Below the pieces are notes generated by a model. It saw nothing but the letters and a program-made list of their open reading frames with translations. It made no database searches and was not told where the DNA came from. From assembly GCF_022045235.1 (NCBI RefSeq), contig NW_027266319.1, forward strand, positions 40,486,001 through 40,550,000: a stretch of DNA of 64,000 nucleotides, read 5' to 3'. Position numbers and translations under genes: made by a program. This DNA is from Haliotis cracherodii. Its lineage: Eukaryota. Shown here piece by piece: positions 26,684 through 39,334 of the stretch. Position 1 is the first letter of the stretch; every line of letters begins with the position of its first letter.

Positions 26684-26925
26684 TGAGTGAGTGAGTTGGG
26701 TTTAACGCCGCTTTTAACAGTATTCCATTTATATCACGGCGTGGCAGTTTAATGTGGGAGGAAAACCCGAATTGATGCAGGTCTCAGACGTTTACCACTT
26801 CGGTCAAACCCTCGAGCACGGGTATGGTGCTGACAAACCCACAATCATAGGTTTCTGGCGTGCCCAAGGGACGCAACTCTGCACAGCGAATCGCGGCGCC
26901 TTAGACGACTGAGCCACCCGTGCCC
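26684..26925 (-). mobile_element. Family 4 tRNA-headed SINE with a 16-bp TSD
   Basis: TSD ctgactcatataatag (26668-26683, 26926-26941). Head gggcacgggtggctcagtcgtctaaggcgcc and (ACTC)n tail. Relatives at 23705-23951 (+) and ~14555-14655 (-). Confidence 0.88.
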
Positions 26926-29479
26926 CTGACTCATATAATAGGAAGGAAAATTTTCCTTTATATATTGCCTTTATTCGATATTTTTTCATTAATTCTTCTT
27001 GAAATCGCACCCTTTTCTCCATGCTTTTGAGATTTTTGTAGAGTAGTATTTTGGTTCCAGGGGTGAGCAATTGAGACTCAGAGTGAAATATTAGATGGTT
27101 TTCGGCACCCTAAAAATGGAGAAAAGTTCACATCTTCCCTAGGCAAGTGTGTTAACTAACAACGAGAGTCCTTTCAACCCTTGCCGAACTACGCTGGAAT
27201 TTCGTGGCTCGATCGTAGCACCAGCAGTGGCTGTTACGAGTTATGTCCCTTCTATATCCCTTCTATTAACAAATCAGATTCCACCTCTAACATCATTTGC
27301 TTCAAACAAAATGGCGGCGCCCAGTCAAGATGATCTGATCGATAATCAAGATACATATTGTATCATATATAACATAGCTACGCGATAAATCGCGAAGAAC
27401 AATGAAGAACGAAGCGTGGTTAACGTTTATTTGACGATGAAACATTGTTCTAACATGACGCCATTTCTGGAGATTCGAATATGCGCTCGCGACTTGATGA
27501 CGTCATATATTTTTGGGAGGGAAGTGTCAAGTATTAAAGTTGTTCCCTATAGATATTGCAGGGCTACGCAGGTAAGGGCATTCATCGAACGATCGCATCC
27601 AAAAGTGGGAGCGATATAACAATCTGTATCAGGAGAAAAGGTGCAGATAATCGATGTGTGGATTGTGAGAATATCCGGGAAATACCAAACTTAACCCACC
27701 TGTTCGTAAAATGGACTTGTCCAACATTCCCTAAGTCGGATTCTGTTCAGGGAGACATCATTATCAAAATGTGGGTAAATATTTTTAAAGCTTGTACATT
27801 GTACATCAACATCCTGAGGCTGTACATAATGTTGATATCTCATATAAGAAATAAACGACTCATGGTCGTTGTTTTTCGTATAATAAAACGCTGCAGAGAG
27901 AATAAACCACTCGGTACTGTGTCCCTCATGGTTTATTCTCCCTGCAATGTTTTACTGTACAATGAACAACTCCCACTTGTGGTGTAAATATGCACTGAAA
28001 AAAAGCCAGCGATCTGATTGGCTATAAATAAAATATTTTTACCTCTAGGTCGTTTGCAAAATGAATGGCGCGACTTTTCTCAGTGCGGGGTATGTCAAGG
28101 CCATGGTCGTCCATCGCGGACTGGTCACGGCAAAGGACTTATTGAGACGAATAATTGAACGTAAATTCATTATACCATGACGATGGGCGGGCTGGCAGGT
28201 GCCTTCGATTGAACGTGTTTTGGCGCTTGGTATTTGTGTACACGATCCAATAAACAAAAACAATTGGTAAGTTAGCGGTAATATTCTGAGCAGGGATTTG
28301 GGTTCGGAATCACGATATTTTGAGCTTCTGAAGAGGCTAGCTCCAAAAGTACGGCTTCGAATTCTTCATCTATGTCTCACTGTATAGCTAAATGTATAGC
28401 TAAGCTGTATGCCTTTGGAAGCCATTTCCTTCTTTATTCATCTTACATGGGAAATGGGGGCTTCGGAAAAATAGCAACTTTATTAAAGAGAGAATCTAGA
28501 TTTCATAACAAAACATAAGAAAGTTATCTATAATATCACAAAGGATCTACCAGCATTGATTTCATCATATAGTAGGACCATTATTATTCTCTAATTATTG
28601 GACAAATTTTCTTTATTTTTTTACCAAATAGTATCTTTGAAAAAAACAGACTTCCAAACTGCAATTATCTCAGTACGGATGATTGCTGACTCGAAGTCTG
28701 CCTGAACCACTTCTTGGGAAAGTACTGTACCACTTCTTGTTCTGATAATGTTTTTAACATCCTAAAAAACCTTACATCAAGATCAAGATCATTGTTCTAA
28801 AGACCCCGAGCCCATATACAAAACAAGAGTAGAAAATGATCATATCAGTGAGTACAACACAGCTGTAGACACGTGCTGCATTCAATACATCTGTGCAGAT
28901 AATGTTACAAAGTGGGTGTACACAATTATTTTACGAAGTGACGTCACGATACTATAAAATTCTTGAGCAGACAAAGTGCATGATGAACAATTAGTGCTAA
29001 CCTACGACTTGTTTTCCATCATTAGAATTCAACAGAGATTTACATGCATACAAATTTTACAACGCAGGTATTTCTGTGGGATATTTGCTTCCCTTAAATC
29101 AGTATATACAGTACAAACAAGCAGTATATGAAATTTATCCTCTAAATAAGTTTGACAGAAAGGGCACAATCACACTGGCTTCGGTATAGAACGATGTCGT
29201 CCAATTTTAGCTATTATTTCAGACAATCTTCAATATGTTGGTTGGTTTGATTGTTGTTTAACGCTGCACTCGGCAATATTGCAGCTATATGACGCCGGTC
29301 TGTAAATAATCGAGTCTGGCCTAGACAATCCAGTGATTGCCATCATGAGCATCGATCCTCGCAATTGGGATACGATGACATGCATCAACCAAGTCAGCGA
29401 GCCTGACCACCTGATCCCGCTAGTCGTCTCTTACGACAGGCATAGTTGCTTTTTAGGTCAATATGCAATGCGCAGAGAT

Positions 29480-30640
29480 TTGCATGTTATAACATTTAAT
29501 TACAATTCAGGTTCAATTAACGATTTGGAAAAAATGTACATAGCATTTCTAGAACTGTTTTCAAGTGTCGATCTCCAGTTCTGCTCAAACATGATATCTT
29601 TTGACTTTCTACGAAATAATCTTAAACAATCCTGTTTTACCGACACCTGGATACAACAACAAATTACCGAAACCGTGATAAAATAGCATATAACGAATAT
29701 TTGATGCCCATGTTGTGTACCCATGTCCAGATTAAGTTGCATTTTGTATGCCTTTTAAGGCAGGCGGTCTTCATGTATTTCTAAAATTTTAAACCAGTAT
29801 TTAAAACAACGAATATATGCATTAATATTCATCGAATATCTTCCACATTCGCTACAAATTACACAGTGTGGAGCTGATATTCCTGTCTTTAAAAACTGTT
29901 TACATGCATATAAATGTATCTTTAGTATTGAGTCCTTATTTCAAACCTCAAAGCACTGAGCCGTATAAAAGGATCGAATGTATTTGGACATCATATAGCT
30001 TAATATAAACTACACGTGGAACAGGTTCTTATTTGGATCCAGTGGTAAGTAACATGATCATTGCTTTCTTGGCCCTTACAGCTAAATTTTGGACAGTCTT
30101 TCTTAAGTTCAAAGTCTAAGTAAATAGAATACCCAGGTATTTGTTAAATCCATCTGCAAGACAAACTGGGGTGTTTTTTGTAAAACCAGTTTTCGGACAT
30201 AGCGAGTAGATTACCTCTCCTAAACACAACCACATTTGTTTTATCTAGGTTTACTGTAAGTTTGCATTTTGTAAACTTTTAAAACCCCATAACAGTATCT
30301 GATACAACTATACCATCATTAGCAAACAATAGCATGAGTCCAAGAGACGTTCAAATTCTTAAGAGAATAAATTACATAAATTACATCAATAATTAATTTC
30401 ATCAGCACTGATATTGGCATCTGGAATTGATCGATCAATAGTAGTATAATGCTCATGATAACATAAATGTATAGATGTATCTGTATCAGAACTGTTTAAA
30501 TTCAACAGTGTGGAATAAATATCAACAATATGGAAGACATCTTTGAAATGTGTAAACCATTCAGTGAGACGAATTTTGCAATTGGTTTGAGCTAATATTT
30601 TGAATCTCTTTCCAAAATTGTGTTGGGTTACCCAGACATT
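29480..30640 (-). mobile_element. LINE reverse-transcriptase fragment (CR1/L2-like)
   Basis: Minus-strand LMLLFANDGIV (decayed FADD motif) at ~30310-30337 and NKYLGILF at ~30122-30145. Confidence 0.6.
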
Positions 30641-32804
30641 TGCATAATATATCAGCTTGCTTTCCGTGAAAGGCGATCATGCTTGTAAGAGGTGACTAAC
30701 GGGATCGGGTGGTCAGACTTGATGACTTGGTTGATGCATGTAATCGTATCCCAATTGCGTGGATCGATGTTCATGTTGTCAATCACTGAATTGTCTGGTC
30801 CAGACTCGATTATTTACAGACCACATATAGCTGGGATATTGCTGAGTTCGGCGCTAAACAAAAAAACAAACAAACAATAAATCCTTGTTATTGTGAAGGA
30901 ATGCGATGCTGTTGAATGTTGAATGTCTTATGGTCATTCTATCTGATCATTCTCTGATGATGGTCTGGTTTAAGGAAGTTATTCAATGGTTCGTTTGTCA
31001 TTTTAGGGAGGGTCGTGTTTAGGAGCAAAGTGGCCAGTCAGGCAGTTAAACACTCACGCCTAGCCTGACTCTTTCGTCATTTGGATACAGTACTAATAAC
31101 AAAACAGTAATAATGACGAGCTGTCTACGTGGACACTTATCACCTTAACACACGTGCCAACCGTGCATGACCCTTCATAAACATTTAATAAGCACATGCT
31201 CAAACAAGCATCCTCTTCGTCAGTATTCTGGAATCAATCACCATTGAAATATTTAGAGGATGAGTCTTCTAGTGATAACTTCTTTGAGAGGCATTTAGCA
31301 AAGTTGGAATACTAAGTAGGGATAAGATATATGGATGAACGACTTCTTTATTACAATTGGGAGCGACGTTTCGATGTAGGTTCTAGTGAGGCGTAGAAAT
31401 GATAAGCACCAACGGTCACTGAATCCAAAGCAGTAAGATAACACCTGTTCAACTACTGCTGGACCGGAGGGGGGAGATAGATGCTGGGTGGAGTTGACCT
31501 GCAAGGTACGGGCATCTCGGGGGCAATTCACAGTGGACTTCTACTGGAGATGTAGCAAAGGAGTGAATGATATTTTACGCCCCTCCGAATATATCAGCAA
31601 TGTCACGGCGTATGGCGGCGTGGAGGAGAAGTATTTGCACTTAGACTGACATCAGCGTGACTTGGGTGCAGTGTTTATGTAGTCATCACTTTGTCTAACG
31701 ACAAGCCTGCTGGATATCGACCGGCGTCAAATCAGACATACAGGTGACGCTTCACTGACAATATTCAGGGTGTGAGGAAGTGTAAGTTAATTACCCACAC
31801 TTCAAACTACCATGGAGTACTCAAACGATCGATGCGGTGGCCATGTATGTTTTGTTTTGTTTAACAGCGCACATGATAGTCTCTGGCATATTGGACAATT
31901 CAGCAGAGGAGGGACACGGTGGAAGGAACAGGCATGTTAAGTACAAACTTCTCAACTCGTTTCTAAGTATTTCATTTACAAACATTTCAGTCCTCCAAAT
32001 TATGTATTTTAATATCCGAACGATAAACAGTATGGTGTAACTAACAACTGTGTTGTTAGGTATTGGTAGTCAACGACTTTTTTCTATTAGGTAATCGCAA
32101 TATGTTAGTATATTTGGAATATCCAGTTAGGATTTAGCGGCAGAATAGATCCTCATTACCCCGTGCTGTCGTTAACACCGACTGTGTGACTTTGCCAGTT
32201 ATGTGCCACCGTGTCCCAACATCGTTTTGCCTGGCATAGGCTGTTGCTGTAGCTTAAATATGCGCTATAGAACAACATGATATGCTCTCATTTAAATTTG
32301 GGCTTCACTTCACTTCACAATATACTGACTCCGAGCCGACCAGTCCTTCTTTTAACCCCTTCATGCCGAACTCAAGGCAGGGTAACAACTGGTACCTTTA
32401 AAAATCTTTTGGTATGACGCGGCCGGGGATCGAACCCCGGACCTTCCGCTCCCTGTAGCCACGTTGTTAATATTTACAATAAGGTGTTATTTAAGAAGCA
32501 CCTAACTATTTCTGTCTTTGAATATTTAAAGAGAACTGAGGTTTGGTGAGGCTGGAAATGGACCCCAAAGTCTATCTAGAGATTGATATATCGTGAAAAT
32601 AGGAATGTACCCAAATTCAAAACTTCGAATTCCGTCATGCGAGTTTGAAAGGTTACGGTATCTGGTTGCTGTCATTCATTTTACAGATATACAGACGTGT
32701 TCCACAGCTAGAAACTCTTCACTCTGTAACGTCAGTGTCATCGAAATAAATATATATTTTCATTTATTAACAGATGAACATGATCACAGTTGCATTTTCC
32801 ATTT

Positions 32805-33480
32805 GATAAGTACATCCCTATCATGATAAGAACAACCCTATCAATAAGTACATCCCTACCATAATAAGTACATCCCTATCATAATAAGTACATCTCTATC
32901 ATAATAAGTACATCTCTATCATAATTAGAACATCCCTATCAATAAGTACATCCCTATCATAATAAGTACATCCCTATCAATAAGTACATCCCTATCAATA
33001 AGTACATCCCTATCATTATAAGTACATCCCTATCATAATAAGTACATCCCTGTCAATAAGTACGTCCCTATCAATAAGTACATCCCTATCAATAAGTACA
33101 TCCCTATCATAATAAGTACATCCCTATCTTAATAAGTACATCCCTATCAATAAGTACATCCCTATCAATAAGTACATCCCTATCATAATAAGTACATCCC
33201 TATCATAATAAGTACATCGCTATATATAAGTACGTCCCTATCAATATGTACATCCCTATCAATAAGTACACCCCTATCATAATAAGTACACACCTATCAT
33301 AATAAGTACATCCCTATCAATAAGTACATCCCTATCAATAAGTACATCCCTATCATAATAAGTACATCCCTATCATAATATGTACATCCCTATCAATAAG
33401 TACATCCCTATCATAATAAGTACATCTCTATAAAAAAAGTTCATCCCTATCATAATAAGTACATCCCTATCATAATAAGC
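32805..33480. repeat. 18/20-bp minisatellite
   Basis: aataagtacatccctatc with or without an extra at, ~35 units. Confidence 0.95.
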
Positions 33481-33982
33481 TCAAATCTAGAGCAAGGCTA
33501 CCTGTAGATTTAACTGCGCTGAATTGAATTTGGGACCGACCTCGCAGCATGAGGTTTCAAATTCTACAATCTAGCTCACTGTTGTCCGCAAAACTTTAAA
33601 AACACTCTCTCAGTTGATTTTTATGGGTTTCCTTCATTCTCATCGAGTATTCCCTCACACACTTTGACTAATGTAGTATCCGAAACCAATGATTATACAT
33701 ATATTATTACAAAATGCCTACCAGTAATGATTTAGAAACAAGTTATTTTCCATTAATATTAGTTTCTGCTGTACTGCGGCCGTCAAATAAGCTGTTTCAG
33801 TAGGAAGGGGATATTGTGATTTGAAACCTCTAATTGGCAAATCACGATCGAGTATTTTCCAAATACATGTACATTCATTCTTTGTATTTCTAGTTTACAG
33901 GCACACATAGATACTAGTACACAAGGCACGTATCTCAGAACATGCGTCGTTGGACAACAGCCGCACGAAATCAATATCTAAA

Positions 33983-35044
33983 ATGGCAGTCGCCTTCAAG
34001 TACTGGAAATTCAAGAAACGTGTTTTTTGCCTTGGCACGCTGATACTAATGGGTATCTATTACGGAGCGTTGGAGTTTCGTCATTTGCAATACCGTACAC
34101 AGGAGAGGTACCTTGCAGGCAGGCTTCATTTAAGACCTCGGCTGGAAAAGAAAAGATTCGTCAACCTTTATTTCAAGAAACTGCTGAATCTGATCATGAC
34201 TTGGTTCATTATCAAGAACGATAATCAATTGGACAAACTGTTGAACAAACATAGCTTCGTGTTTGGTTTGAATTCGAGACAGTGTCTCAATGTTTCTATC
34301 GGTGTTTTGATTGTTGTACATTCTGATCCCAGCAATGTTGAGAAACGAAGTGTTATACGCAACACATGGGGATCAGTGACCACGTTTAGAAATACGGCAG
34401 TTGTGTGTGTGTTCATGATGGGAGAACGAAACAACATTCAACAAGAAATTGTCCAAGAGTCCATATTGTTTGGGGACATTGTTCAAGGGAATTTTAAAGA
34501 CAGTTACAAGAACTTAACGTATAAACATGTAATGTCTCTTCATTGGGTAACTACTCAATGTCATGACGTGAGAACTATTGTCAAAGTTGACGATGACGTG
34601 TTTGTCAATATTTTCAAATTGGTAAACTTTTCGCTAACTACTGGACACTTGCACAACAGTTTGTACTGCACAGTTTTACAAACTGGTCGGCCATTTCGAA
34701 AAGAAGGGAAATGGATTACCAGTAGGGAGGAATATCCTTTCGAATTTTTCCCCACTTACTGTGAAGGTATGGCTTATATTTTATCAGTGGATGAAGCAAA
34801 AAGGTTGACGAAAGCGTCTGAAAATATGCGATTCTATTGGATAGATGATGTTTACGTCACAGGTATTCTTGCACACAAGGCTGGAATTGGTCACACACAG
34901 TTGCTTGAAACACACAAATCTGCCAAAGCAGGTTTGTCAGACAATGACTATGAAAGTTCAGTAAATGATGTTCTCTTTTTCCATGATTTCAAAACGTCAG
35001 CCTCTTTATGGGAAAAGGTCAAGTTTGAGTGCTGTTCAACCTAG
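33983..35044 (+). CDS. GT31 beta-1,3-galactosyltransferase-like protein, copy A2 (~353 aa)
   Basis: ATG in aaaATGg at 33983. Tail KYWKFKKR, TM VFCLGTLILMGIYYGAL, and the same GT31 motifs as A1. Near-identical to A1 from 34165 onward. Candidate acceptor tttgtatttctagtttacag at 33881-33900. Confidence 0.92.
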   Translation: MAVAFKYWKFKKRVFCLGTLILMGIYYGALEFRHLQYRTQERYLAGRLHLRPRLEKKRFVNLYFKKLLNLIMTWFIIKNDNQLDKLLNKHSFVFGLNSRQCLNVSIGVLIVVHSDPSNVEKRSVIRNTWGSVTTFRNTAVVCVFMMGERNNIQQEIVQESILFGDIVQGNFKDSYKNLTYKHVMSLHWVTTQCHDVRTIVKVDDDVFVNIFKLVNFSLTTGHLHNSLYCTVLQTGRPFRKEGKWITSREEYPFEFFPTYCEGMAYILSVDEAKRLTKASENMRFYWIDDVYVTGILAHKAGIGHTQLLETHKSAKAGLSDNDYESSVNDVLFFHDFKTSASLWEKVKFECCST

Positions 35045-35769
35045 ATGTGCTGTGGCTCACTCGTTGGAAAATATTTTATGATAAAAAGAGTATTGCGTTT
35101 CTTCTCACTGGGAAGGAAATCGACAACCGTGGTTTTCTCAAAAACTTATCAGTGGATGAAGCGAAAATGTTGACAAAAGCGTCTGAAATACGCGATTCTA
35201 TTACAGTGAAGGTTTGAATATGAACGCAATGTTCTATCATGAATTAAATAATTGGACGTCATTATGGCGGATGTGTTTTGACAAAAACGTTAACCTGTAA
35301 CGAGTATATATAGTCATGTGGTATAAGTTCCAACACCCATGCAGCTATTGCATCATGGCTTTTCCTTGAAATGCATAATATTCTCCGAAAAATCCCAGTG
35401 AGAATACTCATGACAGTATTATTCATGACAGTATTATTTCATTATATTACATAATACAGTATTTTTTTCATTTTCAAACGTTTGAAGGAAACGTTAATAC
35501 ACGCATATATTTAGATAATTGCATGTCGCTGTTTATTTGTGTATAATGTGACAGAAATCATAATGATATTACTACACTTTTTACACATTTATTTGTCTGA
35601 TGATCCTCTTGTGAAGCATGTCAAGACTCATGATGAAAACAAGGCATTCCACAGTTTGCTTAAACGAGTCATGGATATGGGTCATTTTCTCAATGTCATT
35701 GTTTATTTTGTTGATGGTTCTGTACTGCTGACGGTAAGGAAATAAATGTCAACCAAGCGAGATGCGATA

Positions 35770-36350
35770 TCAAATCGGCCCAGACTCAGTTTTTCAAAGA
35801 GTGACTATCTGAACGACCACTGCATCGAGTTTATGTGCACTGTGTTGAGAAGATCAGCAACCCATCAGAGTCCTTCGCTTGGATGGCCTTAAAAGTGAAA
35901 CAGAAGGCTTTCTGTTTGCTGCTCAGGACCAGTCACTTCCCGTCAATGTGTTGTTTTGCATCAAAATGCAAACATGAAATTTTGAAAATGCAAAGAATTT
36001 AATGAAACTGTCCAACACAGTATCTGTGAATGCTCAGCTTTGGCACAAACACGGTATCTTAACCGACGGAGTGGCTCGATCCTTTCATTACCGTCTTCGT
36101 CATGCTTGTGGTTTGACTGAGAGGTCCAACCAATGGTACGTCCCAGAATATTAGATGGTGTCATGGAAAATGATAAACAATGCCCCAGATCTATCCAGGC
36201 CAACAAACCTGATCTTGTCCCTTTTGATAAATCCAAGGAAATCATTTATATCATTGTACTTTCTGTCCCTTTTGACACTAATGTGATTGGCAAGATTCAG
36301 GGAAAACATGGCACACATGCGGACCTCGCTTTCGAAATGTTACGCTAACA
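35770..36350 (+). mobile_element. C-terminal fragment of an RLE-type non-LTR retrotransposon (R4/NeSL-like)
   Basis: GLKSETEGFLFAAQDQSL (~35885), a C..C...ETVQH..C.C..LA...Y zinc motif, and a restriction-like endonuclease ANKPDLV..DK...IYII.LSVPFD.N...K. Confidence 0.75.
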
Positions 36351-37329
36351 CCCAACATTTGTACCAAGTTGTCCGACTCCCTGGGCTGCGTGTAAGGCAA
36401 GGGCCCTGAGCTGATGATGAGCCTAACCAGCCTGACTGTGCCAGGATCACCCAAACCCTCTTTGCTGCATTGTTTAGAAGTGACACTTACAGTATTACAT
36501 TGTTTCTATGAGTCGGTGGGGGTGGGGCGAGGTTGTTTGGAACCACGTCACTAGTGATGGACACGGGACAAATAACCACTTTTAAGAACGCCTTTTGATT
36601 ATACACATATATAGCTAAAATGGATAGAATTATCATTAAACCGCCAGCATGTTATCAGCAATGAGCGGGCCACTGGAACTTGATAATGCCCTCATATTGC
36701 TTGACGACGGGCCATTATCACGTCCACATGGGAATAGGGTAAGGTGACGTCATGTTCAATAGAGACCTCATCTGGCTTGTTCTATGACGTTTCCATATTC
36801 ACTAAAGTGGGTCAGTGAAATTCGTGTTGATTACAGTATCTGTTTCAAAACCGATATTGTTGGTTATTTTTATTTGATAACGAATTCTATCCATTTTAGC
36901 TATAATTACGGTAACGCTATTTTTCAGGGCATTATCATTTGCAGAAGCCCTCGATCTTCGTCTGACAGTCAATGGAAGGCCTAGGGCTTCTGCAAATGAC
37001 AATGCCCTGCAACATAGCGTCATCCTTATGTTATTCCACACTCTGTAGTATTGAGCAAAGGATTTTATACCCAGATTACCAAATTCTGCGAATCCAATCA
37101 AGCATGACAAATCCATATTACTTACAGAAATAAATTCCAAGTTTATGGTAAGGAAATCATAACTTCTGAAACATCCACAGTTTGGATGATGATGCCTAAT
37201 TTTGTTTAGAACATAAAAGGAACATGAATGTACCGGCCGCGAAGAGCACGTACAAGTATTCAACTCTGTGACTTGGACGATTTCTCCTTTGTATTTTAGA
37301 ATTGCTTTGCAGATTCTAATCCGATTCCC

Positions 37330-37812
37330 AGAGAACCCTTTAACCATATGGCTAACCCATCATTCTGATTTTCCTCTTTCTTTACACAAAATTACCTAGC
37401 AACATATTTCTTTTTACAAACTGTTGCAGGAATGAGTGATGATTAATAGACATAATCAAATTTAACAACACTTCTTTCAAATTTCTATTACTTAAGAAAT
37501 AAACTCGGTATACTTTCTTTTGACCCTGAGTTTATTATAGACAGGGTTTCGGGGACATTGTGGTTAACCTGCCATTCTTAACTTCTTTTGATGGGAATTA
37601 CACAACAAAAGTGGGCAATTTTAATTGACGTGTTTTTTGTAGGTGATGTGCCCTTTTGTACATTACAAACGTTTACACAAGCTCCACATTAACGCGAATC
37701 TATGATGGGCCGACTTCATTCCGTATTTTGTAGCACTGGTCAGCGGTTTGTACAAGCCCTGATCCATGCATGACTGTCTTTATAACAACGCACATATAAT
37801 GATACTAGTGAA
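37330..37812 (+). repeat. ~480-bp dispersed duplicate (second copy ~41988-42488)
   Basis: gagaaccctttaaccatatgg.taacccatcattct through ...taatga.actagtg is shared, with moderate divergence. Confidence 0.85.
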
Positions 37813-37842
37813 AACAGTCCTTATTCTTAATCTAATGGTAGA

Positions 37843-37974
37843 GGGTAGCCTAGTGGTTAAAGCGTTCGCTCGTCACGCCGAACGGTACAATATGTGAAGC
37901 TCATTTCTGGTGTACCCGTGATATTGCTGGAATATTGCTAAAAGTGGCGTAAAACCATACTCACTCACTTACAC
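37843..37974 (+). mobile_element. Family 1 SINE with TSD
   Basis: TSD tctaatggtaga at 37831-37842 and 37975-37986. Confidence 0.9.
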
Positions 37975-39334
37975 TCTAATGGTAGAAATGGGAATAAAAA
38001 GTGAAGATCCAGAACAAGGACTGCGTCTTTACTGTGTCAGTGTCAGATTTAGGCTTGACAATGTTAAACATGAGTATCATTTTCTTTTGGTAAGTTAAGC
38101 ATATTCATCATTAAGGACTGTCTTCTTTGCACGACATCGCCATTGTAACCCAGCACTTCACAAGTTTGTAAATCTAATGTCTTCAACATGTAAATAAAAG
38201 CGACAAAACCCTTTCCAAGAAATCTCTGGTCAAAACGGAGTCAATGGAAAATTTCCGACTATTTCATAAGCATTAGTTTATGAATCACTATCACAAAGTG
38301 ATGATACCAGGTGTTCGCGAACTATCGGACCATCATTCAACTTTCTTCGAGAATCATTCGATCCATTAAAATATTTTACTCTGGTATTAAAAAATATTGT
38401 TCCTTTGTGCTTATGATATAATGCTATGTTCTAGGGATCTGTGGCTACAATCATTTCACACGTGGAACCCCAACATTTGCGTAACGCATGACAGAACTAA
38501 AACACCCACAGGCCATCGTGTTGGTATTTTACAGACACTTCCCCTATAACTACTACTCTATAAACTATGGATTACGAATGTCCCAGTGCGTTCTCGGTGG
38601 GTGTTTGGACCTCGACATCGCTGTAACAGGGATTAGTTAGCATTAAGTCATTGCACTGGATATATTAGCTATTTTCTGTTTCGATTTGTCAAGTCAAACG
38701 TAATTGTTTGAGTGAGTGAGTGATTGTCTGAGTGAGTGTGTGAGTAGGATGGACTTTGGGTTGGTGGGTATTTGAGAGAGTGAACATCTTTTTACCACTA
38801 TTATGCTTTCAAGGGGCCAGCCAATTGATATTCTGGGGGCTAATGCAACACGAGGATGTAAATGGTCTGCGTGTGGGCATGGTCTATTTATTTTAGGTTT
38901 ATGTAACTATAAACGCAAAATAACATTGCCTGCTCAGACAATCAAATGCCAAGGACTCACACGAAATATATTTCTTTTTTCAGTCGTGCAAGTTGACAGC
39001 GTGATAGCTTTAAATCAGCGGTAAACCCACTTGCTCATTCGTCACCACTCGCCCCTGGCTGTAACTTGCAACGTATCGGCTTGTCCCGGAATAACACGAG
39101 TTGGTCACGATTGCCACGCCCTTACTAAGTTGCTGGTGTGACTGACATCTTATCGCATCGTCGATTTAGCGTTATTTCAGCTATATCACAGCGGACTGTA
39201 AATAACTGAGTCCGCACCAGACAAACCAGCGATTAGAGCTACGATCCACATCGTCAGGGGTTACGATGACACGCAGTAAACCAAGTCACCGAGCCTGACA
39301 ACCAATAAGTCACCCTGAGCAACATGCACCTGGG

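Noticed and set aside
27100-28330. CpG-rich block with AAAATGGCGG, a CRE and a GTAAGT donor, as a possible A2 promoter or DNA element
   Set aside because: I could not define termini, coding similarity or an exon link, so it is not called as a feature.
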